A DNA stretch of 42,216 nucleotides from a virus, in the IMG/VR virus record IMGVR_UViG_3300045988_121331, positions 1-42,216 of that record; one strand, given 5' to 3'. The position numbers were made by a program, and so were the translations under genes. This document shows positions 9,498-18,825 of this stretch, piece after piece (within the stretch, counting starts at the first letter, position 1; the number at the start of each line of letters is the position of its first letter). Under the pieces are notes generated by a model. It made no database searches. It was not told the DNA's origin and saw only the letters and a list, made by a program, of their open reading frames with translations.

Positions 9498-9989
9498 TTA
9501 TTTGTTGAGTAATGACTGTGCTTTATAGGCTGGGTCAGTCTCAAATATGGGTTCGCCAGTAGGCGTAACATAGAGGGTTGTTTCATAAAGTGCATTGGCA
9601 CTCGCTTCAGGTATTCCCATATGTGCAGGCTGAATAGTCACATAAGCCGATTTATCAAATCCTGGTATATCGAAACAAAGCCAAGTTCTTTTATTTGCGG
9701 CAATTCCGGTTTCATACGCCGTAACCATAGCTTCCCAAATATTATAAAGCTCCTGTGTAAAGTTCGCGGATATTTCAAGCGCACCGCCAAGGTCTTTCAG
9801 CAACTGAACATAGGAAGTATATTCTGTGTTATCAAAAGTAGTAGCGTCTGCCGTATTCGGTGACGGGTTAAATGACGGGATGGACTTTAAATCAGGTATA
9901 TGCGTATAATCAGCGGTAGGTCTTGTTCCCGCTGTTGTTTCTACTGCATAAGACACTTTAATGCCTATTGTAGATAATGCAATTCCCAT
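9498..9989 (-). CDS. major tail protein
   Basis: 163 aa with a strong AAGGAG RBS. Sits directly upstream of the chaperone pair. Composition is Thr/Ala-rich and beta-type. Confidence 0.75.
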   Translation of the reverse strand: MGIALSTIGIKVSYAVETTAGTRPTADYTHIPDLKSIPSFNPSPNTADATTFDNTEYTSYVQLLKDLGGALEISANFTQELYNIWEAMVTAYETGIAANKRTWLCFDIPGFDKSAYVTIQPAHMGIPEASANALYETTLYVTPTGEPIFETDPAYKAQSLLNK

Positions 9990-10009
9990 AGTTATAACTC
10001 CTTTATAGA

Positions 10010-10447
10010 TTATTTATTAACAGTAAGATTAAATCTTAATATACTGTAATAGGTTGTAGTGCCGTTTTCATAGGGCGTACTATTCGTCCATTGCGCACGG
10101 CGTGTATTTAAAATTTTCGGTATGTTTTCTTTGATAGTGTTCTTAGCAAACCAATCACAAAGTTTTTCACTTAACAGACTGCAAGATTTTTGCGCACTGT
10201 ATTTCTTACCGCCTATATTCATTTGATTAGCCATAACAATTATTTGCAAATAGACATCTGCAACTTGTTCGCCCTCAAATGTAGTGGCTCGGTCAAGCTC
10301 CGCATTATCCATAATGGCAAGCAAGATTTCGGGTGGGTTAGGTTTAGAACCGTAAGGATATTGTTCTTTAATGCCGATTGACATACTCAATTCTTTATCT
10401 TCGGCTATTCTGCCATTGATATAGCTTTTCAGTTCGTCTATAAGCAT
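10010..10447 (-). CDS. tail terminator / tail completion protein
   Basis: 145 aa, placed between the gp10-like gene and the major tail protein. Call is by synteny only. Confidence 0.5.
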   Translation of the reverse strand: MLIDELKSYINGRIAEDKELSMSIGIKEQYPYGSKPNPPEILLAIMDNAELDRATTFEGEQVADVYLQIIVMANQMNIGGKKYSAQKSCSLLSEKLCDWFAKNTIKENIPKILNTRRAQWTNSTPYENGTTTYYSILRFNLTVNK

Positions 10448-10450
10448 TTA

Positions 10451-10954
10451 TCACACATCCTTTTCGTCTAAATATTGCTTAATGGCTTTTGTAGCTCCAC
10501 CTTTTCTAATATGCTCGGCGGTGCGCCACATTTGTGCTTGTGCTTCCCAACCCTCGGAAAAGTTGTTGCCCCAAAACCACCCTTTAGCATTGTTGACGGT
10601 AGCTTTTGTGTCTGGGTTATCGTAATAATATTCCCAACCGTTTGTGGTGTGGATTTTGCCTGCGCTCTCAAATGTTATCGGCTCTGTAGGCAAATTCCCC
10701 TCATAAGAACCTTTGCCGACCAAACCTGTGCCATATTCAAGAAATGCAACTTGTTTGCCCTCGGCGGTTATCTTTGCTTTCCCATTGCCAGTGTTTTCAG
10801 CACTAACCATTATGCTATCACCGCCGTAAAGCGATTGAGCGTAATCACTTCCATACTTGGAAATAGCTAAGGCAAGTTCATCACTTGTTGTATGTTTAAG
10901 CTTTTGCAATCGGTTTCTAAAATTTGTTATGCCAGTTACTGTAACCTTGCTCAC
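10451..10954 (-). CDS. HK97 gp10-like head-tail joining protein
   Basis: 167 aa. The N-terminus (KVTVTGITNFRNRLQKL) resembles the HK97 gp10 family. The GTG start overlaps the upstream TGA. Confidence 0.6.
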   Translation of the reverse strand: MSKVTVTGITNFRNRLQKLKHTTSDELALAISKYGSDYAQSLYGGDSIMVSAENTGNGKAKITAEGKQVAFLEYGTGLVGKGSYEGNLPTEPITFESAGKIHTTNGWEYYYDNPDTKATVNNAKGWFWGNNFSEGWEAQAQMWRTAEHIRKGGATKAIKQYLDEKDV

Positions 10955-11313
10955 GGTTCTATCCTCTCCAATGTGATTGTATAGGATATTAAGTGATTAA
11001 GAACGGCAGTAACCATAGCGTTTGCACCGTCACCGTTGATATAATTCTTATCAGCAGTATTTGGCTCGTTGCCCTCAATGTAAAGCAAATCGCCCTCATT
11101 GAATACATTATCAAAATAAGGCTTTTTGGCTTTCATATTCCAAACTCGGCTCAACTTTTCACCATACTGCAATGTGGCAAGATAACCGCTTGCAGAATTG
11201 ATTGACAAATAGTTAAAGGCAAGTTTGTATTCTTTCGGGTCTTCGTAAACTACTATGCCCTCGTCATTCTCACCTATTTTCTTGCAAAGCCATATTGACT
11301 GCCCAATTTTCAT
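10951..11313 (-). CDS. head closure protein
   Basis: 120 aa with an ATGA overlap to the upstream gene. Call is by synteny. Confidence 0.5.
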   Translation of the reverse strand: MKIGQSIWLCKKIGENDEGIVVYEDPKEYKLAFNYLSINSASGYLATLQYGEKLSRVWNMKAKKPYFDNVFNEGDLLYIEGNEPNTADKNYINGDGANAMVTAVLNHLISYTITLERIEP

Positions 11314-11663
11314 TGCTCTATCACCGACTTCGTAACAGCTTTTGCTTTAGGTGTAATAGTAGATAACAGTGTTCTTGAAATATGCGCGCTGTCAAAAGTA
11401 AAACTCATACCGTTTTCGGAATATGCCGTAACAGAAGACAAACCGTCACGCTCTAACGTTTCTTGCATTATACTACGCACAATGCTGACATCTCGGGCAT
11501 GTTCCTCGGGTATCTCCATTATTGTACGGTCAAAAGGAAAGGACAGCGACAGATATAAATTCAATGAGCAGTGGTATAAATCGTCGACTTGTTCTTCCGT
11601 CAAATAGCTATACTTTTTATGGAAGTCTTCTTTCATCACACTTACTAAATCATTTACTTTCAT
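11310..11663 (-). CDS. head-tail connector (gp6/gp15-like)
   Basis: 117 aa, the first gene after the major capsid gene. Call is by synteny. Confidence 0.55.
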   Translation of the reverse strand: MKVNDLVSVMKEDFHKKYSYLTEEQVDDLYHCSLNLYLSLSFPFDRTIMEIPEEHARDVSIVRSIMQETLERDGLSSVTAYSENGMSFTFDSAHISRTLLSTITPKAKAVTKSVIEQ

Positions 11664-11701
11664 AAGTCGCTATCCTTTCAGCGTAAATTATAGATTACTA
11701 A

Positions 11702-12661
11702 TTAGCCTTTTTTGGGCTTAATCTTAATGCCTTTAAGTACAGCCGCTTTAAGAGTGTTCTTGAGGACAGTACCAGCAACCAGCTCAACCTCGCCTTTCTT
11801 AACTGCTCCGGGAGCGGTCATATCGGGCATATAGGTATTGATTACGTTGTTGCCAACGGGGGAAATGCCGTGGAAAGCGTCAAGCCCGAGAGCAACAGCA
11901 TATATAGCGGTTGTACCCTCTGCGGCGGCTGTAGGTGTCGAGGTCGGTATAACATCAACAGTCTTTGTGCCATTGTAATAACCGCCAACATCCATAAGCG
12001 GAATATCGTTGTAAGCCTCAACGGGTCTGCCAAACGCGTCTTCGCTGCGGGTGTAATAACCAGCTCTACGGGCGGCGCTTCTTAACTTAGACAGCATTTC
12101 TCTGTTCATAAGCAACATAGAGGGCTTGCCGTCAACCGCCGAAATAACGGTATCAAGCTCATCAAGGAACGCCGAATAATTGTTATCCATATTTGCCGAG
12201 GTGGTAAGGTCTACCGCGCTTGTAAACTCATTTTCAGTACCCTCAAGAGCTTTAGCAAGTCCGCTGGTAGTGTCGTTGATAGCCTTGTTATGGAAGAAGT
12301 TGGCGGTTGCTTTAATCTTCTGCTCAGCCTGAAAAGCAAGCTCATCAACAGCGCCGCTTGTATTCTGGAGAACACGGTCAACCTCAAACGAACCACCCAT
12401 AATTTCAGCCTTAGCGGTCTTTTCCTCGCGCTTAGCTTCACCGGGAGTGTACTCCGAGTTGATAGCACGAACAGCCGCGGTGGACGGGGTTTTAAGCTGA
12501 ATATATCCATAAGTCAGCGTTGAACCACCTGTGCCGGGGGAAATTGCGTTGTCAAATGTCAGCGCGTCAAGCAACAGTGACGAACGTCTGAACATATCAA
12601 TTATCTGCTGGTCGACTTTATCAGCCATACCAACCTTTGCTTCTGCGAGTGTAATAGCCAT
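11702..12661 (-). CDS. major capsid protein
   Basis: 319 aa, downstream of the scaffold gene. High-expression codon appearance and a size compatible with the HK97 fold. Confidence 0.85.
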   Translation of the reverse strand: MAITLAEAKVGMADKVDQQIIDMFRRSSLLLDALTFDNAISPGTGGSTLTYGYIQLKTPSTAAVRAINSEYTPGEAKREEKTAKAEIMGGSFEVDRVLQNTSGAVDELAFQAEQKIKATANFFHNKAINDTTSGLAKALEGTENEFTSAVDLTTSANMDNNYSAFLDELDTVISAVDGKPSMLLMNREMLSKLRSAARRAGYYTRSEDAFGRPVEAYNDIPLMDVGGYYNGTKTVDVIPTSTPTAAAEGTTAIYAVALGLDAFHGISPVGNNVINTYMPDMTAPGAVKKGEVELVAGTVLKNTLKAAVLKGIKIKPKKG

Positions 12662-12675
12662 AGTAAAAAACTCCT

Positions 12676-13194
12676 TTATTTATCGTATTTTTCGTGTAGG
12701 GCTTCTACCAATGAAGCAGGCTCTACATCAAGTTTGCCATTGCCTGCGGCGGGCGGATTGACATTATTTTTAATATCCTGCGCCGCTGATTTCTTAGAGG
12801 CACTTTCCACTCTGTCGGACATAACCTTTGCAAAAGCGGACGGTGACTGTTCATTTTCCATAAGGTATTTAATTTCCTCGCTGGAAAAGCCGTTGTCAAC
12901 AAGCTGTTCTTTAGCTTTGAGAGCGGCAAGTTCTTTTTCCATTGCTTGCACTCTTGCTATCTCAGCCGCAGAGGTTTCAGCCTGTTTTTCTTCCTCTGTC
13001 TGCTTTGAAGCTTTATAATCGCTATATTCTTTTTTGATAGATTTAAGCGAATTTTCGGCTTCTGTCAGTCTGCCTTTAGCGACATAATCGCCTTTTGATA
13101 GGTCGGCTAACTTCATTTTGGATATGATTTCACCGATTTCTTCGGCAGTCATACCCTCTTTGTAGGCTTCGCCTAATAGTTCTTGTAGTGTCAT
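12676..13194 (-). CDS. scaffolding protein
   Basis: Helical, Glu/Lys/Ala-rich. The preferred ATG at 13194 (MTLQELL) follows GGAAAGAGGA. The track ORF extends to 13266 with no RBS. Confidence 0.7.
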   Translation of the reverse strand: MTLQELLGEAYKEGMTAEEIGEIISKMKLADLSKGDYVAKGRLTEAENSLKSIKKEYSDYKASKQTEEEKQAETSAAEIARVQAMEKELAALKAKEQLVDNGFSSEEIKYLMENEQSPSAFAKVMSDRVESASKKSAAQDIKNNVNPPAAGNGKLDVEPASLVEALHEKYDK

Positions 13195-13301
13195 AGTTCC
13201 TCTTTCCTGTATCAGCCTTAATTTGTAAATCCGCAGTCGGCTCTGCGCTTGATACATTCCTACCATAAACGCTGATAGGGGAGCGAATTTATAAAAATGC
13301 C

Positions 13302-14879
13302 TTATTCGGCAATTTTATCATTGTTCGGGTCAATTTGCTCATTCTGAACATCTTGACTTTCGGAATTGTCCGCATTAGCCACCGCATTAAAAGCGTTGTT
13401 TTCAGCGGTTTTGCGTTCTTCCTCTTTTTTCTTGTTCACATTATCAATCCATTTTTGAGCGTCAGCACACGGGTCAAGTGACAAGTTTATATATTTAAGA
13501 ATAAGTTCCTCGGGCATACCAATGTTATAAAGATTAACGGCACTTTGTGTCTTACTCAAAATATCGTCATTCGGATTGATGTTGTAGTGTATCTCAATCT
13601 GACTTGCGGTCAATTCATTAACTTTTGTTTGCGGTACAGTGTGGCAAACCGCTATAAGCTGTTTAAGTAACTGATAATCGGTCTTTTCACAGCCTATTAT
13701 ATCGCCTTTAATAATGGTGTAGGCATTTTCCCAACCGCCGCCTAAAAGCCTTGCTTTACCAGTATCACCACCGCTTGAAGTAACGCCACTTGCAAGCGGA
13801 ACGCCCGCTATATCATAAGCCTTTGATACTCTTTGCTCATAGAAGGTATTTATATCCTGTTGACTGAATTGAATGTCAACCGTGCTGAAATCCGCGGGAG
13901 TTTCAGGATTGTTTGTTGAAATGAGAACCGCGCCGCCGGCTATCATTTGGTCTACCGTGTTTTGGTCTGCTTCGACATTCTTAAATACATACAATTTGTT
14001 GGCGTTATCATAAACACAGTCGGCGCAGTTTGAAACAACCATATTGATAGCATTAAATAGGCTTAAATTAAGTTCTATTATGCCTATACGCTCTTTGTTG
14101 AATATATGCTCTATAATCGGCAAATAGCGGTAGCTCTCGGGCTGTGAGTGTATTTCGGGCGTATTCGAACTTACAGTAATGCAATTTGGGAACGCCACAT
14201 TGCTATACACGAAAACATTATCCCTTGTATAAACAGTGATTATATATCGTCTTCCGACAGTGTTAAATAACGCATTATCGGTAATATCGGCTATGTTTAC
14301 GCAGAAAAGCTCTATTTCACCGACATATGACGAATATACAACAAAGTTTTCAAGCGGGCTGACACAATGCATAGCAAACGGCGCTTCGGTATCTTTGTCA
14401 TAGTCTATCGAATATGTACCGTCCACATTTATAATATCAGTCCTCGGCTGAACAAATGATGTGCCTACTCCATATTTAAACGCGTCCTTTTTAATTTCCA
14501 TAAATTCAGTATGAAAACCACTATCGGACAAAAAGCGGTCAAATATGTGCAAATCGTCATTGCAATTATCACTTTTATGCGAAAACTGCATTTTATCGCC
14601 CAACATAAAGTTTACTTTAAAGTCAACCTGCCGTTTTGCGTGATTTTCAACGATTTTACTGTTGTTGTTAGACACATACGGTCTTGTTTTTGCTAAAATA
14701 TCCTGCTTACCCTCGTAAACATCAGAATAATATTGCATTTTCTCAATATTATCTTTATGCGCGGCAAGGCATTGATTGAGATAGTTTTTAAATACTGCAA
14801 TAGTCTGTTCGGGTGTGCGTATTTCGTCGGGCTTTATCGGAATTTTTATTTTTTTAATACCCTGATATGAAAAGCTCAA
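13302..14879 (-). CDS. portal protein (SPP1 gp6-like)
   Basis: The N-terminal YYSDVYEGKQDIL ... KIVENHAKRQVDFKVNFMLG matches the portal family pattern. The start is uncertain: TTG at 14879 has a GGAG RBS, and the track uses a GTG at 14933. Confidence 0.85.
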   Translation of the reverse strand: MSFSYQGIKKIKIPIKPDEIRTPEQTIAVFKNYLNQCLAAHKDNIEKMQYYSDVYEGKQDILAKTRPYVSNNNSKIVENHAKRQVDFKVNFMLGDKMQFSHKSDNCNDDLHIFDRFLSDSGFHTEFMEIKKDAFKYGVGTSFVQPRTDIINVDGTYSIDYDKDTEAPFAMHCVSPLENFVVYSSYVGEIELFCVNIADITDNALFNTVGRRYIITVYTRDNVFVYSNVAFPNCITVSSNTPEIHSQPESYRYLPIIEHIFNKERIGIIELNLSLFNAINMVVSNCADCVYDNANKLYVFKNVEADQNTVDQMIAGGAVLISTNNPETPADFSTVDIQFSQQDINTFYEQRVSKAYDIAGVPLASGVTSSGGDTGKARLLGGGWENAYTIIKGDIIGCEKTDYQLLKQLIAVCHTVPQTKVNELTASQIEIHYNINPNDDILSKTQSAVNLYNIGMPEELILKYINLSLDPCADAQKWIDNVNKKKEEERKTAENNAFNAVANADNSESQDVQNEQIDPNNDKIAE

Positions 14880-14954
14880 ATTATTCACTCCAAAAACAAA
14901 AAATGCAAAGCCACAGCTTTTGTGACCTTGCACTTTAATACTTTTAAACCCGTC

Positions 14955-15122
14955 TTAGGGCTTATTTGTCATTTTCTGCACCGAATAACTTATTTTTCTC
15001 TTGCAGTTCGGGCAAATAATGTTTTGATTGCTATTTTGTATGTTAAAATCTACATCAAATCCGTATTTTACATAAACTTTTATAGATTTTGTATGGCACA
15101 TAGGACATTCTTTTACTACCAA
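14955..15122 (-). CDS. small zinc-ribbon protein
   Basis: Contains CPMC...CPNC pairs. The TTG at 15122 lies 7 nt after AAAGGGGG and downstream of promoter 15145-15172. The track ORF start at 15254 overlaps terL. Confidence 0.4.
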   Translation of the reverse strand: MVVKECPMCHTKSIKVYVKYGFDVDFNIQNSNQNIICPNCKRKISYSVQKMTNKP

Positions 15123-15144
15123 AACACTGCCCCCTTTTAATTCT

Positions 15145-15172
15145 ATTATATGCAACATTGAAAATTTGTCAA
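15145..15172 (-). promoter_or_regulatory. sigma-A-type promoter TTGACA-16-TATAAT just after the terL stop
   Basis: The minus strand reads TTGACAaattttcaatgttgcaTATAAT. Confidence 0.5.
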
Positions 15173-15180
15173 GTGTTTTT

Positions 15181-18100
15181 TTAATTTGCTCGTCTGCGAT
15201 TAAGAATTGTGATAGAATTTTGCCGTTTTTTGAAAGATAAATATTTTTGAGCATACATTGCTATCACATCTATACTATCATCATAGGCATTGTGCGCCGT
15301 ATATGAAAACGAGGTAAGGTATTTCATAAACTTGCCAAATTCTGAACCTTGCGCATACATCCCAAATTCCGGGAATACAATGCACGATTTAATAGTCGCC
15401 TCATTATCATATATTTTATCTTCTTTATGCTTATAGCTATATACTTCTGTAATATTACAATAATCTATACCTCTTTCGTAAAGCATACCACGCAATAGTG
15501 TGGCAAGGCTTGTATCGGTGTTGCGCTCTATATGCAATCGCGTAATGTGGTGCTGCTCTATTTTACGAATTATAGTAGGATATATCTTTTCCATAGGTTT
15601 CATTTCAAATATACAGTCTTTAAGATAATGTTTATCACCTATAGGAAGACAAATAGCCATTGCTATATAGTTTGCACCGGTACGCGCAGGGTCAAGCATA
15701 GCCCAACAACTTTCCTCGTCTTTTTCTTCTTCAATATGTGGTATAGCCTTATATGTTAATAGATTATCATAGCTAAAAGCACAGCCCTCAATAGGCATAG
15801 GCTCTTGCATATCCATAGCCATAAAAGTATTATAGTCGGCAAGTCTGTCAGCCCGAGCTTCCTCTGTGGTGTATTTATGTGGATATGTGCTTTCGTCAGT
15901 GTCCCAATCAAGTTTAGGAACGGATACGAAAACCGCCTTATGCCGAGCATTAAACTTTGTGTATTTATTGATTTTACTCTGTTTAGCCGTATCGCCGCCA
16001 TATTTGCGCTTTATGGTAGACAGAAAGTCATAAATATGGTAGGTAGTGCCACTGAAAACCTCAAAACTGTTATTATCATCATATTTTCGCTTTTTCCACT
16101 GGTCTTGATACCGCTCTATATCTTTTTCGTGCATATTGATATTGCCCTTGTCTTTTGACCGTGTAATATCATCGTAAAAGCGGTATTTATATCGTCCGCC
16201 GTCTACAGGGGTGTCTTTATTTGCTAATAGGAACGATGTGCCTTTAATACTTCCGTGGATAAGCAAGCGCGCCACTTGATTATTGCCGCCCTCACGCCGA
16301 ACATCAAATATTTTGTCCTTATCACCCTCAAATTGAGCATAATAAGGAAATACTTTGGCATAATTAGGCTTGCACATATATTTTACCAATTTTGCGGACA
16401 TATCGGTTATCAATGAGGGGTTTCCAACTATTTTTAATACATCTGCGTTTATATCTATGCCAAATATATAGGATATTAGAACAGTATCGGCATAGCTATT
16501 ATGTGATACTATGCCATTTGCAATAAAATTGTGCGTTTCTTCAACTTCAATATCAACCATATCAGTTAAATCTTCGTCAAATTCTATGCTTTTTATCTTT
16601 TGCCACACAAAGTCATTTGAGACAACATCTTTAAGCAAACCTGTTTTTTCTGAAAATTCGTCAATCCATTGTTTTTTAAAGGATAAAGTTTTCGCCCAAG
16701 ATTTATTTTTTATTTTCTTCAACTCTTTGCAATGGCAAACAACGCTTTTAGGATAGTTTACATTGTTTGAATATGGCGACACACTCTTTGAAAACAACCG
16801 TTCAACTCTGATTTTCAGATTTTCTTGCTTGTAATAACAATAACAGTTTTTGTATAATTTGTTTATGAACTCATCGGGTATTGTAAGATTGTAACAATCA
16901 AATGTTTTGCCATCACACTTGCTTTTTCTATGGCAATAATAAGAGTATATGCCACAAGTGCCTAAAAGTCTTTGTATGTCTTGTATAAGCCCCTCGTTAG
17001 CAAGTGATATTCCACAAGGGCTTTTACCTTTATTTATCCAACCGTCAGTAGCAAACATTATGCCGATAAATTTATATCTTTGTTTTAAACTCATTTCAAA
17101 AAACTGTTTAGGCAGTCTTTTAGTATAAGACAAATGATTTATAACGCCATAACGGATAAGAACATCTGCTACTTTGCCATTTGCACTGTGTATTCTCACT
17201 TCGTACGCTTTTGATGGGTGATAAACACTATATGTTACGCCCCATTTATTAAGCACCGAAATAAATCTATCCAAAATTTCGTTATTTTCTTTGATAAATC
17301 TAAATCTTGCCTGTTTGCAATGCCCATCAAAAATCATACAAGTGACAAAAAACAGTTCGTCTTCGTCAATTTCATAACCATAATTCAATGGCGAGCAGAT
17401 TTCAAGAAGATAATCGCTAACGGTTATATCTTTGCACATTTTATAACCTTTGTCGGTGTACAATCTATGCTCAGGACTGCAAATTATCTCTTTGCCATTA
17501 TTAAGCCTAATTTTGATTTGTTTTTTTTCTGTATTCCATTTATTCGTTATTCGCCTTATTACAGGTTTGTTTTCTTTCATAGAATACACAAAATCGCCAA
17601 TATTAACATTTTTAATAGGTTTATAACCCTGTGTAGTTAAAATAGGCGTATCAGCTTTTAGGCACTTTCCATACCCGACTGGGCATTGTTTTTCAAGGTA
17701 TTTCACAGTGCCGTCAAGCACCATTTTGTCGGCATAATACCAAAATCCCTTAAAACAATTAAGGTTATATTTCCATACCTTATCATTTTCAGGCATACCC
17801 CACTCCATATAAAGCGCAAAGTGTTCTATGTTGCGGAAAGCCGACAAAGCATAAAAATTCTCATACAATTTGCCGTATTCGGTATAATTTTCTTGCAATT
17901 TCAGCAACCGAGCCTTGTTTTCCTCGGTAAATTTCTCTTTTTTGAGTTTATCAGCCAAAACAGCCATTTTTTTCAGTTTATCACGCAATGTAGGCAAAAC
18001 AAATTTGCAGACATACTCAATATGCTTGCGGATTTCATCCTCGCCCTCGTTATCACGCAACTGTGCCAAATAACCGTGTATCTGCGAGTGCATAGTGCGA

Positions 18101-18216
18101 TATAAATTATCGCTGACAGCTAAAACATACTCGTCACTGTCTAAATACTTTGCATTTTTGCGCATTTCGCTAAACGCAACACAGCCTTCACGAACAATCT
18201 CACCGATATTATCCAT
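15181..18216 (-). CDS. terL: terminase large subunit, interrupted in-frame by an intein
   Basis: The exteins carry a split Walker A (CPVGYGK|S), RFYDDI, and nuclease motifs (AMLDPARTGANY, AYDDSIDV). GGAGG RBS. The 1011-aa precursor would give a 622-aa mature protein. Confidence 0.9.
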   Translation of the reverse strand: MDNIGEIVREGCVAFSEMRKNAKYLDSDEYVLAVSDNLYRTMHSQIHGYLAQLRDNEGEDEIRKHIEYVCKFVLPTLRDKLKKMAVLADKLKKEKFTEENKARLLKLQENYTEYGKLYENFYALSAFRNIEHFALYMEWGMPENDKVWKYNLNCFKGFWYYADKMVLDGTVKYLEKQCPVGYGKCLKADTPILTTQGYKPIKNVNIGDFVYSMKENKPVIRRITNKWNTEKKQIKIRLNNGKEIICSPEHRLYTDKGYKMCKDITVSDYLLEICSPLNYGYEIDEDELFFVTCMIFDGHCKQARFRFIKENNEILDRFISVLNKWGVTYSVYHPSKAYEVRIHSANGKVADVLIRYGVINHLSYTKRLPKQFFEMSLKQRYKFIGIMFATDGWINKGKSPCGISLANEGLIQDIQRLLGTCGIYSYYCHRKSKCDGKTFDCYNLTIPDEFINKLYKNCYCYYKQENLKIRVERLFSKSVSPYSNNVNYPKSVVCHCKELKKIKNKSWAKTLSFKKQWIDEFSEKTGLLKDVVSNDFVWQKIKSIEFDEDLTDMVDIEVEETHNFIANGIVSHNSYADTVLISYIFGIDINADVLKIVGNPSLITDMSAKLVKYMCKPNYAKVFPYYAQFEGDKDKIFDVRREGGNNQVARLLIHGSIKGTSFLLANKDTPVDGGRYKYRFYDDITRSKDKGNINMHEKDIERYQDQWKKRKYDDNNSFEVFSGTTYHIYDFLSTIKRKYGGDTAKQSKINKYTKFNARHKAVFVSVPKLDWDTDESTYPHKYTTEEARADRLADYNTFMAMDMQEPMPIEGCAFSYDNLLTYKAIPHIEEEKDEESCWAMLDPARTGANYIAMAICLPIGDKHYLKDCIFEMKPMEKIYPTIIRKIEQHHITRLHIERNTDTSLATLLRGMLYERGIDYCNITEVYSYKHKEDKIYDNEATIKSCIVFPEFGMYAQGSEFGKFMKYLTSFSYTAHNAYDDSIDVIAMYAQKYLSFKKRQNSITILNRRRAN
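16498..17664 (-). mobile_element. intein (389 aa) with LAGLIDADG homing-endonuclease domain, inserted in the terL P-loop
   Basis: It begins at Cys185 (CLKADTPILT) and has block B (SPEH). Two LAGLIDADG-like motifs are present (LFFVTCMIFDG, KFIGIMFATDG). It ends THNFIANGIVSHN followed by Ser (+1). Confidence 0.85.
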
Positions 18217-18275
18217 TCATAGCACCTCCGCCAGTTTTTATTATTATAGCAAATAAGCCAAACAATTTCAAGTGT

Positions 18276-18322
18276 ATAAAAAGCGACCACCCAGCAGAGA
18301 GGTGTACAACTGCCAAGCGGTC
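18276..18322 (-). terminator. intrinsic terminator in the terL leader
   Basis: The minus-strand RNA forms a 13-bp stem (GACCGCUUGGCAG/CUGCUGGGUGGUC, four G:U pairs) followed by GCUUUUUAU. The G:U pairs make it strand-specific. Confidence 0.6.
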
Positions 18323-18381
18323 AAAGAAAGGAGATAATGAAAACGTCTAAACAAAACTTAAATATCAGAGTTTTCAAATAC

Positions 18382-18410
18382 AATATACCACATATTTTCT
18401 CATTTGTCAA
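18382..18410 (-). promoter_or_regulatory. promoter TTGACA-17-TATATT (TGg extended -10), proximal to the terL leader
   Basis: The minus strand reads TTGACAaatgagaaaatatgtggTATATT. Confidence 0.6.
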
Positions 18411-18478
18411 TAGCAAAAAAGCAACAGCCATAATAGCCATTGCCTTTCCGCTATATCCAAAATTATTACTGTATAGCC

Positions 18479-18507
18479 ATTATATCATATCCACTACTCT
18501 TTGTCAA
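18479..18507 (-). promoter_or_regulatory. promoter TTGACA-17-TATAAT (TGa extended -10), distal to the terL leader
   Basis: The minus strand reads TTGACAaagagtagtggatatgaTATAAT. It overlaps the stop of ORF 18494-18781. Confidence 0.6.
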
Positions 18508-18781
18508 GCTCTAATAAAAACGCAACATTGCAAGCAATATGATACAAGTGCGGCAGTCCGCTATCCTCATCAACCCCGTGCGGCTCTTTCAGCCATTTGC
18601 ATATGTGGCGCATTAAAGCCGCCCTATATCGTTTAGGGTCAACATTCTTATAACTGCCCTCGCCATATTTTTCAGCGCCGTGTGTCATAACAATGCCAAC
18701 AGCCTCTATTATCTCAGCAGGCACTAAATCTAACCTCGGCTTGCCTCCGTCGTGCTTTAACCCATCTGTTACAACATCCAT
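18494..18781 (-). CDS. MazG-like all-alpha NTP pyrophosphohydrolase-like protein (resembles the DUF5664 / dATP-dGTP diphosphohydrolase N-terminal family)
   Basis: 95 aa with KHDGGKPRLDLVP, GAEKYGEGSY and DEDSGLPHLYHIACNVAFLLE. The pattern is recalled from memory and not searched. GAGAGGTGGA RBS. Confidence 0.5.
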   Translation of the reverse strand: MDVVTDGLKHDGGKPRLDLVPAEIIEAVGIVMTHGAEKYGEGSYKNVDPKRYRAALMRHICKWLKEPHGVDEDSGLPHLYHIACNVAFLLELDKE

Positions 18782-18825
18782 TATAATTCCACCTCTCTTA
18801 AATATCAGCCATAAGCCATACCGCC

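Noticed and set aside
15181-18216. The 1011-aa ORF read as a terminase fused to a free-standing homing-endonuclease gene, or as two genes.
   Set aside because: The insert is in frame, is bounded by canonical intein splice residues (Cys1, His-Asn, +1 Ser) and interrupts the Walker A motif exactly. It is therefore an intein.
18337-18636. 99-aa plus-strand ORF spanning the terL leader and the MazG-like gene.
   Set aside because: It overlaps a motif-bearing minus-strand gene and two minus-strand promoters. The AGGAG upstream of its ATG is the only support, and the translation is hydrophobic and low-complexity.
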